Source of the DNA: Candidatus Latescibacterota bacterium
GTDB taxonomy: Bacteria > Latescibacterota > UBA2968 > GCA-2709665
DNA: 64,000 bases
Assembly: GCA_965226795.1 (NCBI GenBank)
Contig: CBDDDZ010000005.1
Span: forward strand, 768,001 to 832,000
Reading direction: 5' to 3'
Shown: positions 10,611 to 21,291 of the stretch, one piece after another
How positions within the stretch are numbered: the first letter of the stretch is position 1
How the letters are laid out: the number at the start of each line of letters is the position of its first letter
The notes under the pieces: generated by a model
Seen by the model: only the letters and a program-made list of their open reading frames with translations
Database searches by the model: none
What the model was told of the DNA's origin: nothing
Translations under genes and position numbers: made by a program

Positions 10611-11978
10611 ATGGCATCTGCTCGCGACACGGCAATCGAAGTGGTTCGACGCCTCCACGCGCGGGGGTTCCGGGCGTTGCTGGCCGGTGGGTGCGTCAGG
10701 GATCTCCTGCTCGGGCTGGAACCCCGGGACTACGACGTCGCAACCGATGCCGATCCCCAACAGGTGATCGGCATTTTTCAGCGTGCCCAGCCTGTGGGCG
10801 CGCTCTTCGGTGTGGTTGAAGTGAGGCTGGCGGGGCACGTCTTCGAGGTAGCACGTTTCCGGCGTGATCTGGGCTACAGCGACGGGCGTCATCCCGACGC
10901 TGTCATATTTGCGGACGAAACCGAGGATGCCCGGCGTCGTGATTTCACCGTGAACGGGATGTTCTGGGATCCCCTGTCGGATCGGGTGCTGGATTACGTG
11001 GACGGACAGACGGATTTGAAGGAGAAAGTAATCCGAACCATTGGCCCCCCCGAGGATCGGTTTGCGGAAGACCGCCTGCGAATGATGAGGGCGTTACGGT
11101 TCGGCTGCCGCTTCCACTGGCGGATCGATGGAGCCACGTTTGCGGCGATCGGGCGTTTGAGTGAAAACCTCGCGGAGGTCAGCAGAGAACGCGTCCGGGA
11201 CGAATTTGTTAGAATTCTGACCGAAGGTGGCGCGCCTCTGGGGGTGCGGTGGCTGATCGATTCCGGGTTGATGAACGGTGTCGTACCAGAGGTGCTGGCC
11301 CTAGATAACGTCGCGCAGCCGCCTGAGTTTCATCCCGAAGGCGACGTGTTGACCCACACGTTGATTATGCTGGGGCTGATGCGCAGACCGTCACCGGAAT
11401 TGGCCATGGCGGTGCTGTTGCACGATGTGGGCAAGCCGAGCACGTTTGTATCAGCGGACCGTATTCGATTTGACAATCACGTCCGCGTGGGCGCCGAGAT
11501 GACCGACGCGATATGTCACAGGCTGCGGTTTTCCAGGGAGGCGAGCCGTCATATCGTTCGACTGGTGGCGGACCATCACCGGTTTATGCACGTCCGGCAG
11601 ATGCGGAAGAGCAAATTGAAGCGTTTTTTGCGCACGGAACGATTCGACGAACACCTTGAACTGCATCGGGTCGACTGTTTGTCCAGCCACGGGAATCTGG
11701 AGAATTACCGGTTCTGCCGGCAGGTCCTTGAAACATTGGAACCCGAGGAGATACGTCCGGAACCGTTGATTACGGGCCGGGATCTTATCGAACTCGGATA
11801 TCCGCCGGGGCCGGCTTTCAAGACTGCGCTGAGGGCGGTGGAAGACGGCCAGCTTGAAGGCCGCGTGAGAGATCGGGAAAGTGCGTTGCTGCTCGCCCGG
11901 AGTCTGTTTGAACGGGGCGTGACGTCCGGGTACGGAAGCCCTGCCGAAAACGGATCCGCTGCGGAACAGACGGGTTAG
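10611..11978 (+). CDS. CCA tRNA nucleotidyltransferase / poly(A) polymerase family with HD domain
   Basis: AGGCVRDLLLG..DYDVAT, DARRRDFTVN, EDRLRMMRA, HPEGDV, LLHDVGKP. Confidence 0.9.
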   Translation: MASARDTAIEVVRRLHARGFRALLAGGCVRDLLLGLEPRDYDVATDADPQQVIGIFQRAQPVGALFGVVEVRLAGHVFEVARFRRDLGYSDGRHPDAVIFADETEDARRRDFTVNGMFWDPLSDRVLDYVDGQTDLKEKVIRTIGPPEDRFAEDRLRMMRALRFGCRFHWRIDGATFAAIGRLSENLAEVSRERVRDEFVRILTEGGAPLGVRWLIDSGLMNGVVPEVLALDNVAQPPEFHPEGDVLTHTLIMLGLMRRPSPELAMAVLLHDVGKPSTFVSADRIRFDNHVRVGAEMTDAICHRLRFSREASRHIVRLVADHHRFMHVRQMRKSKLKRFLRTERFDEHLELHRVDCLSSHGNLENYRFCRQVLETLEPEEIRPEPLITGRDLIELGYPPGPAFKTALRAVEDGQLEGRVRDRESALLLARSLFERGVTSGYGSPAENGSAAEQTG

Positions 11979-12140
11979 TGGCGGCCGGAAGCAGAAGCCG
12001 AAGGATATGACCACCCCTCCGGTCTATGGATATGGTGCGTCGGCAGGCACGTTTGGAACCATTGCCGGGCAGGGGCGTTTTTAGACTGAGAAGCCCGCTC
12101 CACTTATCCATTTCACATCCACTTTGCGACAGGTGGTCCG

Positions 12141-12716
12141 ATGTCAGGTCTGATCCGATCCGCTTTGGCCATTGGTGCTATGGCCGTCTGGTTGCCGCAG
12201 CCTCAGGCAACAACCGTGGTACGGTTCGCGTTCGATTCGCTGTGTGAAAAAGCGGAGACGATCGCCCACGTTCAGTGTGTTTCTCGCAATAGTTTTATGG
12301 ATGACGGCCGTGGAGAAATTGTTACACGGCACCGGTTCAAGGTAATCACACCCGTCAAGGGCTATCCGGGAGACGAGATCGTCCTCACGCTGCCGGGTGG
12401 AGCCGCCGATGGCCGTCGGCTTTATATCCCGGGCATTCCCGAGTTCGACGTGGATGAAGAGGTTGTCCTTTTTCTTACCGGCCCGGATATGCATGGATCG
12501 GCGTGGCCCCTGGGACTCGGACAGGGCTGTTATCGCGTGCCCGAAGCGCAGGAGGGCCCCGCCCAGGTCAGGATGCAGCCGGGTACCACGCCCCTGCCCG
12601 CCGGGCCTCTGTTCAAGCCGGCGCTCAACAGGCCCTCTCGACCCTTCAATGTGCCGCTCCAGCGTTTTCTTCATCAGATCCGGCTGACGATTCCGGAACC
12701 CTCTGACGAAAGGTGA
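12141..12716 (+). CDS. Secreted hypothetical protein
   Basis: Signal peptide ending QA-TTV; LPGG...IPGIPEF...EEVVLFL pattern. Confidence 0.65.
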   Translation: MSGLIRSALAIGAMAVWLPQPQATTVVRFAFDSLCEKAETIAHVQCVSRNSFMDDGRGEIVTRHRFKVITPVKGYPGDEIVLTLPGGAADGRRLYIPGIPEFDVDEEVVLFLTGPDMHGSAWPLGLGQGCYRVPEAQEGPAQVRMQPGTTPLPAGPLFKPALNRPSRPFNVPLQRFLHQIRLTIPEPSDER

Positions 12717-13034
12717 AATACCGGACACGGTCCATCGTCGGTTCATGGATTGCCGAAACCCCTTCCTGAGAGCGACAACCGAATTTCCGGGAAGCTTTTT
12801 CCAAAGCAACGATTGTCACAGGATCCAGGGAGCGAATCCTCGTCTTCACCTTCGGATCCTTTTTTATTCCTCTTGACTTTGATCCGGCATTGTTGCATCA
12901 TATTTGCGCGGTTCATGTGCCCGCTTATGCGCGTGTAAGGTTCTGAATTTAAGTGACTTTGGTACTTTCGGCATGCTTCGAGGGCGGCGTAATGCCCTCT
13001 TTTTGTTGGCTCTGAACCGGAAGGAGGGTTTGTC

Positions 13035-14228
13035 ATGTTCAAGCTGCATTTTGACATTCGGGATATCTTTCGAGTGGTTCGGCTCGGATGGTCCGGCAAA
13101 AAGATCTGGGCGGGCTTGTGCGGTACGCTGATCGCCTATGCCGGATATTCCATCCTGGGCATTGTCGACCAGCTTTTGGCAGGGGCCACGCTTGGACAGA
13201 TCTGGCAACGGTACGGACTTTTCCCCGGGCCTGCACCATTTCCTGCCACACTGGCGGGCACGGCGATCGACGTGGTTGCAATGCTGTATGTATGGGTTGT
13301 GGTTTTATTGACGGTGTGCATGATCTGCAAAATCACCTACCAGCAGCTGAAGGGAGACGACTTTTATTCCTCGGGCGACGCATGGGGATTTATCAGACAG
13401 AACTGGGGCGGCGTTGTCTGGGGGCCGGTAGCCATGCTGGCACTGTTGATCTTCTTTGTCGTCGCCGGCATCGTGATCGGGTGGCTGGCCGGGATGATTC
13501 CCTGGGCGGGAGAAGTGGCATTCGGAATTCTCTTCATTCCGATCTTTTTTGCTGCGCTGGTTGCTATTTTTATATCGATTGCGTTTGTCGTTTCCATAAC
13601 GATGTCTCCGGCGGTCGTGGGGACAGTGGGCGAAGACGCGCTCGAGGTGGCCATCCAGTCCTTTTCATTGGCCTGGAGCCAGCCATGGCGGCTGGTACTG
13701 TATATGCTCTGGATGAAGATTTCTGTCTTAATAGGCTCGGTTTTGCTGGGAACCTTTATGGCCTCCGCAATGGGGTTGGTCAGCTGGGCCTGCGGCCTGT
13801 TTATGAAGGAAAAGCTGGCCAATATGGTCTACGTTGCGGGCCGGTATGTTCCGTTTGACTTCACCCGTTGCGATTGGTTGTCCCTGGATATTACGGCGTT
13901 TCTGCCGCCGGCAGGTACCCCTTCCGGCTCCGAACTGCTGGCTGGCGGAATTCTGGCCGGGATGTTGATTCTTCTCACGGTTATCTTCAGTTCATACGTG
14001 TTGTCCGCCTATGCTTCGGGTATCAGCCTGATTTACGTGATTCTACGGAAACGCAAGGACGATGAGAATCTGCTCGAGTGGGAGGACGACGGGGCGGAGG
14101 AAGATGAGGAACAGCCTGCAGAAGCGGAAGCGCCGGACAACGGCGGAGAGGAGACCGGTCACGGCACGTCCGAGGAATCGGAGAATGGAGACGGTGAGGC
14201 GTCGGACACGCAAGCCAAGCAGGAATGA
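13035..14228 (+). CDS. Multi-pass membrane hypothetical protein with acidic C-terminal tail
   Basis: Strong SD AAGGAGG; several hydrophobic segments; Glu/Asp-rich tail. Confidence 0.75.
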   Translation: MFKLHFDIRDIFRVVRLGWSGKKIWAGLCGTLIAYAGYSILGIVDQLLAGATLGQIWQRYGLFPGPAPFPATLAGTAIDVVAMLYVWVVVLLTVCMICKITYQQLKGDDFYSSGDAWGFIRQNWGGVVWGPVAMLALLIFFVVAGIVIGWLAGMIPWAGEVAFGILFIPIFFAALVAIFISIAFVVSITMSPAVVGTVGEDALEVAIQSFSLAWSQPWRLVLYMLWMKISVLIGSVLLGTFMASAMGLVSWACGLFMKEKLANMVYVAGRYVPFDFTRCDWLSLDITAFLPPAGTPSGSELLAGGILAGMLILLTVIFSSYVLSAYASGISLIYVILRKRKDDENLLEWEDDGAEEDEEQPAEAEAPDNGGEETGHGTSEESENGDGEASDTQAKQE

Positions 14229-14259
14229 CAGCCGGCATTCGGGAAATGTAATTGCGGAT

Positions 14260-15243
14260 GTGGCGGCCGATGCGCGCCTAGCCGAAGGTCCGGAAGGCGT
14301 TCGTCGTGTTTTGAGGGCTATTTATCGGGCGGGAACTCTGCCGGTTCGCGACCTGTCGCGGGAAACGGGACTGCCGGTTCCGGTGGTGGCGGCGGTTCGA
14401 GGCGAGTTGGAAACAAGGGGTTGGGTGGAGAGACGAGGGGGCGTCATCCTGTCTTCGGCCGGTCGGAATGCGGTTGAGAAACAGCTGGGTCTGGGTTGTC
14501 GGCGGCGGTTTGAGAGGCCGGTTTTTCCCGTGCTGGACGACGAGATGCGTGCGTTGCAAGTACGGATGGAGGCATTCGGGGAACAGAGGCCTGCCGTCGA
14601 CGTGCGGCTGGATCAATCCCATGCGACGGCGGAAACCGCGTTGCGGCGCGCGGTGTATCTGTATGAAAATGACGGGCTTGAAGGCCGCGACATCCTGATT
14701 CTTGGAGACGACGACCTGACATCTCTGGCAATCGGCCTTCTGGCGGACTTCCTGAGGATTTCAGTGCGTCGTGTGGTCGTGCTCGAATGCGACCTGCGTC
14801 TGGTGGCCTATCTGAACGCCGCGTCGCCTGAAACGGGACAGGCCGTCGAGGCCGTCGAACACGACTTGAGGTCGGATCTGCCGAGCGATTTGTCCGCCGG
14901 TTTCGATCTGTTTTTCACCGATCCACCCTATACGCTTGCGGGGTTGTCCTTGTTCGTTTCCCGAGGCGCCTCCGGGCTTCGACCGGAGGTGGGCAAGCAG
15001 GGCTTTATCTGTTTCGGAAACCGCCGGCCCGAGGAGACGGTAGCCGCCGTAAGGACAATCACGGAAACCGGACTGGCGCCGGTCGAGATCGTTCCGGATT
15101 TCAATCGGTATGTTGGCGCCCAGATGCTGGCCGGTGTCAGTCAGATGATTCGCACGGTCGCCACGGCCCGGTTGACACCCCCGGTCCGTGGCATCTACGA
15201 AGGTTCGCTCTACACGGCCGACCGGACACGGAAAGAGGGATGA
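14260..15243 (+). CDS. Branched-chain polyamine synthase BpsA-like (N4-bis(aminopropyl)spermidine synthase, DUF43 family)
   Basis: LDQSHATAETALRRA, ILILGDDDLTSLA, FFTDPPYT. Start is uncertain (GTG 14260, or an indel after ATG 14225). Confidence 0.7.
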   Translation: MAADARLAEGPEGVRRVLRAIYRAGTLPVRDLSRETGLPVPVVAAVRGELETRGWVERRGGVILSSAGRNAVEKQLGLGCRRRFERPVFPVLDDEMRALQVRMEAFGEQRPAVDVRLDQSHATAETALRRAVYLYENDGLEGRDILILGDDDLTSLAIGLLADFLRISVRRVVVLECDLRLVAYLNAASPETGQAVEAVEHDLRSDLPSDLSAGFDLFFTDPPYTLAGLSLFVSRGASGLRPEVGKQGFICFGNRRPEETVAAVRTITETGLAPVEIVPDFNRYVGAQMLAGVSQMIRTVATARLTPPVRGIYEGSLYTADRTRKEG

Positions 15244-16148
15244 ATCTGCCGTTTGAAGCCGAACCCATCCGCCCCGGGCATTCTGCCCGATTGCAGGGCA
15301 TTTTCGCGTCTGCGTTGAAAAGCGCGTGGTGTTACTACGCCCCTTTCCTCTGCTGTTTCAGCCTGCCACCGGCACGGGAAGTGTTCGTGGCCGAGCACGA
15401 TGGCGCGCTATGGCTTCCGGTGCGCCGCGTCGCCAGGAATGGCCGCGTCTGGTTCGACCTTGTCATACCTCCGATTCCATTGTCGGTTGAACCCCTGGTC
15501 GCCGTGCTGAGCGAGATGCGTGCGGTCAACCGTGGCCGGTGCCCCCGCATCTTGTGGCTGGATGAGGCGGACAGGCGGCGCCTGCCGCCGGATAGACTTG
15601 AAGTTCGGATTAAGTCGAGTGAATATTTGTACGATCCGTCGAAGGTCGTGGCGGCTGTGGGACGGCCGTACCGGGACCTGCGCAAGAAACTGAGGCGCTT
15701 CCGAGAGGAGGCGGATCCGCATTTTCGGGAAATGACGCCCGGCGACGTGCCCGCCTGTCAGGCGCTTTTGCGATATTGGCGGAAACGACAGGGGCGCAAG
15801 AGAGATTTCCTGCTTGACTGGGGGTATACACGGTCGGCGTTATCGATGTATGGACACTGGAGATCCAAAGAAGCTCAGGGCTTTTGCGTGGAGGTGGAGG
15901 GCCGGATAGCGGCCTTCGCCATCGCGGGCCGAATGCACGCGGGGCTGGCCAATTTCTTTATAGCTAAAACGAATCCGGACGTGCGGGGATTGTCGGAATA
16001 TTTGCGAACGGAGGTCTATCGGGCTCTGGTGGATTACGATCTTGTCAATGACGCCGGAGACTTGGGGCTGCCGGGATTGCGGCAGCATAAGCAAAAATTC
16101 CGGCCGGTCGCCCGGATTCCGGTATACAGCGCGTCGTTTTCGGATTGA
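15240..16148 (+). CDS. DUF2156 / phosphatidylglycerol lysyltransferase C-terminal-like GNAT-fold protein
   Basis: EYLYD...G..YRDLRK, KTNPDVRGLSEYL, VNDAGDLGLPGLRQHKQKFRP. ATGA overlap with the upstream gene. Confidence 0.7.
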   Translation: MNLPFEAEPIRPGHSARLQGIFASALKSAWCYYAPFLCCFSLPPAREVFVAEHDGALWLPVRRVARNGRVWFDLVIPPIPLSVEPLVAVLSEMRAVNRGRCPRILWLDEADRRRLPPDRLEVRIKSSEYLYDPSKVVAAVGRPYRDLRKKLRRFREEADPHFREMTPGDVPACQALLRYWRKRQGRKRDFLLDWGYTRSALSMYGHWRSKEAQGFCVEVEGRIAAFAIAGRMHAGLANFFIAKTNPDVRGLSEYLRTEVYRALVDYDLVNDAGDLGLPGLRQHKQKFRPVARIPVYSASFSD

Positions 16149-16245
16149 GGACCGGTGCGTCCGGCTTCATACACCGGCTGAATGGATCGAATTCCGGCAA
16201 GGCTGGTGAGTCGACGTATACGATCCCTAAACATGGAGGCTGTTC

Positions 16246-16869
16246 TTGTCTGCAGCGAAAGCAACCAATATTGTGTGGCATGAAGGCCACGTGGGTCGAG
16301 CGGAGCGGGAGAGGCTGTTGGCGCAGGCGGGGTGTCTGGTGTGGCTAACAGGTCTGCCTTCCTCGGGCAAAAGCACCATTGCGTTTACCGTTGAACACGC
16401 GCTGGTTGCGAGGGGGCGAATGGCCTATGTACTCGATGGAGACAATATCCGGCACGGGTTGAATAAGAACCTGGGTTTTTCGGCTGAGGACAGGGCCGAG
16501 AATATACGCCGTATCGGCGAGGTCGGGAGGCTGTTTGTGGACGCCGGGATCCTTACGATAAGCAGCTTCGTGAGTCCGTACAGGGCAGACAGGGACGGGG
16601 TTCGCGGGCTGCTGGACGAAGGAGATTTTCTGGAAGTTTTCATCGATACGCCACTGGAGATCTGCGAGGAAAGGGATCCCAAGGGACTTTACAAAAAGGC
16701 GCGGGCGGGCGAGATTCCGAATTTCACAGGGGTCTCGGACCCTTACGAGCCGCCGGAGAATCCGGAACTCGTGATCAAGACTGCCGAGTGTTCGCCGCAA
16801 GAGGCGGCGCAAAAGATTCTGGATATGCTTGAGTCGCATGGCAGGATTCTGGAAACGTCCGCGCGATAG
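16246..16869 (+). CDS. cysC: Adenylyl-sulfate kinase
   Basis: WLTGLPSSGKST, LDGDNIRHGLNKNLGFS, RDPKGLYKKARAGEI, FTGVSDPYE. Confidence 0.95.
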   Translation: MSAAKATNIVWHEGHVGRAERERLLAQAGCLVWLTGLPSSGKSTIAFTVEHALVARGRMAYVLDGDNIRHGLNKNLGFSAEDRAENIRRIGEVGRLFVDAGILTISSFVSPYRADRDGVRGLLDEGDFLEVFIDTPLEICEERDPKGLYKKARAGEIPNFTGVSDPYEPPENPELVIKTAECSPQEAAQKILDMLESHGRILETSAR

Positions 16870-16983
16870 TGTGTAATCCTGTGTCCGGTCGCGGCAAACC
16901 GTCTTTTCCATCCCGCTGCCCTTCTTGACGGCAGGAGGTTGGCCTGCGTTGTCGGACCCGAAAGCTGAATAGCGGATACCGCA

Positions 16984-17886
16984 ATGGTTTCGGACGATCT
17001 GAGCAGACGACTCGCAACGCTCAACCGGGGCAGACTTCGGAACGTACCAGAACCGCAGGCCGCGGAATCGGCTGCGGTGCATTCTGGTGATGTTGCGGGA
17101 GAGATGGCAATCGCAGATCCGTACGCGTCGCCCCTGGATGCGGAATTTCCGGTCTCACTGGCCGACGTGGCGGACGGAATCGAGATTCACAACGCGGCTG
17201 GTTGTTTCTTCATGATTCGTCGTTTGCTCCCGGAACTGTTCGACGGGAGCGGCGCGTTTCAGATGCGGTACGCCCAGGCGATCTCATCTGTCGAGGACGG
17301 CGGTGTCCTGGCCCGGGGTAACGGGGTTTCCTCCAAGCTCAAGCACCTGACGCCGGACGACATCCTGTTTGTGGATATCGAAGCGACCGGGGTTGCGGCG
17401 CGGACGCCTCTGTTTCTGGTGGGCGTTTTGGCGTGCGAAGATGGTCGCCTCAATGCTTTTCAGTTGTTCGCGCGAGACGAATCGGAGGAGCCATCGTTGC
17501 TGGCGCATTTGTCCGGTATGCTGGCGGACGCGCGCCTCATTGTGACCTTCAACGGCAAGTCCTACGACCTGCCTTACATCCGTAACCGTTTGACGTTTCA
17601 CGGCTTATCTTGTCAATTTCCACGTTGCCATATCGATATGTTGCATGAGGCCCGCCGGCGCTGGCGTGGCCGGTTTCCCGATTACAGGCTCCAGACTCTC
17701 GAACGATGGATCTGCCGTCGGGCCAGAACGGGCGATATTCCCGGCGCCGAGATTCCGGGCGCATACCGATCGTACATGCGGACGGGTAACGCGGTCCATA
17801 TTGGGCAGATATTGCGCCATAACGCGCTGGATCTGATCACGTTGGCAGAACTGACGGTAACGATGTTGGAAGGGCGTGAGTCGTGA
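16984..17886 (+). CDS. YprB-like RNase H-like (RNase_H_2) domain protein
   Basis: FVDIEATG, VTFNGKSYDLP, HIDMLH, ILRHNALDL. Confidence 0.8.
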   Translation: MVSDDLSRRLATLNRGRLRNVPEPQAAESAAVHSGDVAGEMAIADPYASPLDAEFPVSLADVADGIEIHNAAGCFFMIRRLLPELFDGSGAFQMRYAQAISSVEDGGVLARGNGVSSKLKHLTPDDILFVDIEATGVAARTPLFLVGVLACEDGRLNAFQLFARDESEEPSLLAHLSGMLADARLIVTFNGKSYDLPYIRNRLTFHGLSCQFPRCHIDMLHEARRRWRGRFPDYRLQTLERWICRRARTGDIPGAEIPGAYRSYMRTGNAVHIGQILRHNALDLITLAELTVTMLEGRES

Positions 17887-19259
17887 TGCCGTTGGAAGGG
17901 CGTCGGGTGCTCGTAATGGGCCTGGGCCTGTTCGGTGGCGGCGCGGGTGCGGTGCGGTTTCTGTGCAGGGAGGGTGCGCGGGTGACCGTTACCGATTTGC
18001 GACCCGCCGAGGCGCTTCGGGAGTCGCTGCAGGCACTGGAGCCGCTGCCTGTTGTCTACCGGCTGGGCGGACATGAGGCGTCGGATTTCGGGGAGGCCGA
18101 TCTTGTTGTGGCCAATCCCGGCGTTCCCCGGGCATCCCGGTTCCTGAAGATAGCCGAGAAAAGGGGAGTCCCCGTAACAACGGAAATATGCCTGTTTGTC
18201 GAACGTTGCAGAGCCCCGGTCGTGGGAGTTACGGGCAGCAGCGGAAAGACAACGACCACGTCTCTGGTCGGAGAGATGATGCGCCGCAAGACGCCAGGGA
18301 CGATGGTAGGCGGAAATATCGGGGGGTCTTTGCTGGATCGGTTGGAGGAAATCACGCCGGCCACGCAGGTCGTACTTGAACTTTCCAGCTTTCAGCTCGA
18401 CCGTCTGACCGATTTGAAATGGAGCCCGAAAACTGCGGTCATAACGAATTTTGCCCCCAATCACCTGGATATCCACGGTTCATTGGAGGCCTATAAACAA
18501 GCGAAACGGCAGATAATCGCCCATCAGGGTGTGAATGATGTCGTGGTGTTGAATGGAGACGACCCGGAAATCCGGCAGTGGTCCGGGGACGGTCGCCGCG
18601 TTGTTTTCAGCACGAAACGGACGTCGGGTTGCGACGTCTACCTGGACGACGGAAAAATTCGGCACCGGGTTGGCCATTCCGAAAAAACCGTTTGTCCCGC
18701 CAACGCCTTGGCTCTGCCAGGCCGGCATAACCTGGAAAACGCGCTGGCCGCCTGCGGGGCGGCGCTTTACAATGGCGTAACCGAAGCGGATATTGCAACC
18801 GTCCTCCGCACGTTCAAAGGCGTGCTCCACCGGCTGGAGCGGGTGGCAGAAATAGGAGGCGTCACGTACTATAACGATTCGATTGCGACAAGTCCGGATC
18901 GCACGCAGGTGGCGCTTGCAGCCCTGCCGCCGGGTGTGGTGTTGGTTGCGGGGGGGTACGACAAGGGTTTGGCATACGACGCGCTTGGATTCCATATTGG
19001 GCGGAGAGTGTCGCATCTGATCCTGACGGGCCAGACGGCGGACGCGATATCGGCTTCGGTACCGGCAGGATCCCCAACACGTGTTTTGCGGGTGGATTCA
19101 CTGGACGACGCCGTGTCTGCCGCAGCGCGGCGGGCAGGATCGGGCAATACCGTGTTGTTCTCTCCGGCATCTGCCAGCTATGACTGCTTTCGCAATTTCG
19201 AGGAGCGCGGTGACCGGTTCAGAAAACTCGTTTTGGATATGAGGGCTTGTGATGGCTGA
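17883..19259 (+). CDS. murD: UDP-N-acetylmuramoyl-L-alanine--D-glutamate ligase
   Basis: VTGSSGKTTT, GGNIG, ELSSFQL, NHLD, YYNDSIAT, SPASASYD.FRNFEERG. Confidence 0.95.
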   Translation: MMPLEGRRVLVMGLGLFGGGAGAVRFLCREGARVTVTDLRPAEALRESLQALEPLPVVYRLGGHEASDFGEADLVVANPGVPRASRFLKIAEKRGVPVTTEICLFVERCRAPVVGVTGSSGKTTTTSLVGEMMRRKTPGTMVGGNIGGSLLDRLEEITPATQVVLELSSFQLDRLTDLKWSPKTAVITNFAPNHLDIHGSLEAYKQAKRQIIAHQGVNDVVVLNGDDPEIRQWSGDGRRVVFSTKRTSGCDVYLDDGKIRHRVGHSEKTVCPANALALPGRHNLENALAACGAALYNGVTEADIATVLRTFKGVLHRLERVAEIGGVTYYNDSIATSPDRTQVALAALPPGVVLVAGGYDKGLAYDALGFHIGRRVSHLILTGQTADAISASVPAGSPTRVLRVDSLDDAVSAAARRAGSGNTVLFSPASASYDCFRNFEERGDRFRKLVLDMRACDG

Positions 19260-20091
19260 AATAATCGACTTGCGGGCTGTCGCTCCGACGGTCGCCCGTG
19301 TGCTCAACGTGCCTGCGCCTGGTGGCGCAGAGGCTGAACCGATTGCGGAGGTTGTCGAGACTCTGCATGCCGCCGACCGGCTTGCGTTGGTGTTGGTTGA
19401 CGGTTTCGGCTCGTCGTTGTGGCAGTATGTCCGCGATGCCGTTCCGGTGTTGAACCGGATCGCGGCGCTCCGGCATCTTGAGATCCAATCCGTGCTGCCG
19501 TCGATGACCTATATCTGCATTTCGACGATGTTGACCGGTGTGTCTCCATCCTCGCACGGCGTGACGGATTTACAGACCTTGATCCGGGCTACCCGTTCCG
19601 CCGATATGGATACCGTCTTCAACCGGGTGAGAGACGCGGGCGGGCAGACGTTGATGGCCGTGCACAAACGGGATGTGGAGGGGCTGGACATCGAGCGATT
19701 TGCCGACCGAACGGTACTGGCCGAGGAACGGAACGACCTGGAGATATACGGCCGGGTTCCCGGTTTAATTGTTGAAAACTTGCCCACGTTCGCGTTTGTG
19801 CATTTGCTGGACATCGACGAAGCCGGCCACAGGTACGGTCCTTACACGCCGGAGGTCCGGCAGTCCGCCAGGGCGATGGACCGGCGTCTGAAGGGCCTGC
19901 TGGCCTGCCTTGCGACCTCCGGATACGCGGCGGTAATCCTGGCGGATCACGGAATGCACGAGGCTCCTCGGGAAACTCCCGATACGGAGGGGAATCGGGG
20001 AATGCACGATGGCTCGGTTCCGGAGGATTTGCTCATTCCGCTGCTGTGGGCGACGGCAGAAGAACTGGGTGATATTGTGAAAGGGAGTTAG
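19252..20091 (+). CDS. Alkaline phosphatase superfamily (nucleotide pyrophosphatase/phosphodiesterase-like) protein
   Basis: LVLVDG, PSMT, TGVSPSSHG, DEAGHRYGP, LADHG, MHDG. Confidence 0.75.
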   Translation: MAEIIDLRAVAPTVARVLNVPAPGGAEAEPIAEVVETLHAADRLALVLVDGFGSSLWQYVRDAVPVLNRIAALRHLEIQSVLPSMTYICISTMLTGVSPSSHGVTDLQTLIRATRSADMDTVFNRVRDAGGQTLMAVHKRDVEGLDIERFADRTVLAEERNDLEIYGRVPGLIVENLPTFAFVHLLDIDEAGHRYGPYTPEVRQSARAMDRRLKGLLACLATSGYAAVILADHGMHEAPRETPDTEGNRGMHDGSVPEDLLIPLLWATAEELGDIVKGS

Positions 20092-20160
20092 AACGAAATC
20101 AAGGAAGCACGTTCCAGTCGTTCGGCCTCGAATTTTTCCTGGATGTTTTTCGGTCTCTGT

Positions 20161-21024
20161 TCAGGCGCCTTCGGAATAGGGCATGAGTTTGCGCACCCTG
20201 GTGGGATGGCGGAGCTTTCGGAGCGCCTTTTCCTTGATCTGGCGGATGCGTTCACGGGTGAGCCTGAACCGGATGCCGATTTCTTCAAGGGTCATCTCGG
20301 CATCACCGCCCAGGCCGAAATAGAGTCGAATGACTTCGCGTTCCCTTTCTTCCAGTGTATCCAGCGCCGCGAAGATCTCATCTTCAAGTGAATTCTGCAT
20401 GAGAAGATGGTCGGGCGATTCCTGATTTTCGTCCGTCATGATATCGAGCAGGCTGTTTTCATCGTCTTCGCCGAAGGTCATGTCGAGCGAGAGGATGCGT
20501 TGCCCGCTGGCGAGGGTATCGACTACCTGTTTGACCGAGATGCCCAGTTCCTCTGCGATTTCTTCTTCCGGAGGTCGCCCGGACGTCTCCTGTTGCCGGT
20601 TGTTCACATAGCGGGAGATGCGCCGTAGAAGGTCCACCCGGTTGAGCGGAAGACGCACGACCCGTGAATGTTCCGCCACGGTTTGCAGGATAGACTGGCG
20701 AATCCACCAGACCGCGTAGGAAATAAACTTGAACCCCCTGGTCTCGTCGAATCGCTCCGCTGCCGTGATGAGCCCCAGGTTGCCCGCACTGATTAAATCT
20801 GCCAGCGGTACGCCCTGGTTCTGATACTCGCGGGCCACGGTAATGACAAATCGAAGATTGGCCTCGACAAGCTTCCTGCGTGCTTCGAGGTCTCCCTTCT
20901 TGATGCGGCGGGCGAGAAAGACTTCCTCCTGGGCCGTCAGCGGCTTGGACGAGGCAACGTCTTTCAGGTAGCGGTACAATGAATCTTTCACCTCATCGCG
21001 GTAGATTCCGCTCTTTCTGGCCAC
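20161..21024 (-). CDS. RNA polymerase sigma-70 factor, RpoD/SigA family (short form)
   Basis: LVEANLRFV, DLISAGNLGL, GFKFISYAVWWIRQ, TRERIRQIKEKAL; SD GAGGTGG before GTG 21024. Confidence 0.9.
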   Translation of the reverse strand: MARKSGIYRDEVKDSLYRYLKDVASSKPLTAQEEVFLARRIKKGDLEARRKLVEANLRFVITVAREYQNQGVPLADLISAGNLGLITAAERFDETRGFKFISYAVWWIRQSILQTVAEHSRVVRLPLNRVDLLRRISRYVNNRQQETSGRPPEEEIAEELGISVKQVVDTLASGQRILSLDMTFGEDDENSLLDIMTDENQESPDHLLMQNSLEDEIFAALDTLEEREREVIRLYFGLGGDAEMTLEEIGIRFRLTRERIRQIKEKALRKLRHPTRVRKLMPYSEGA

Positions 21025-21291
21025 GATGACCACCTCGAATGGATGTGCGATCGGTGGATGGGATTCTGTAACCGGCGGGAGGACGTATGACCTGATACCA
21101 ACTTGAATATTCGGCGTTCCCATTAAGTTGTCAAGCGAAATTTCCGAAGCGTACTGCGGATATCCTTTTCTGGTTCCAGTTGTGCTTTCTGCCGGCGCCA
21201 AACGGTGGAAATTCCCGGTCGCTTCGTTGCCATTTCAGCATGTTCGACACCCGAAGTCAGCCGCAATACAGGCTGTACGACCGGGCCTGGC

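Noticed and set aside
14062..14259. Long N-terminus of the BpsA-like ORF
   Set aside because: It overlaps the acidic tail of the upstream membrane gene and looks like an off-frame translation.
20143..20628. Plus-strand ORFs opposite the sigma factor
   Set aside because: Shadow ORFs antisense to a conserved sigma-70 gene.
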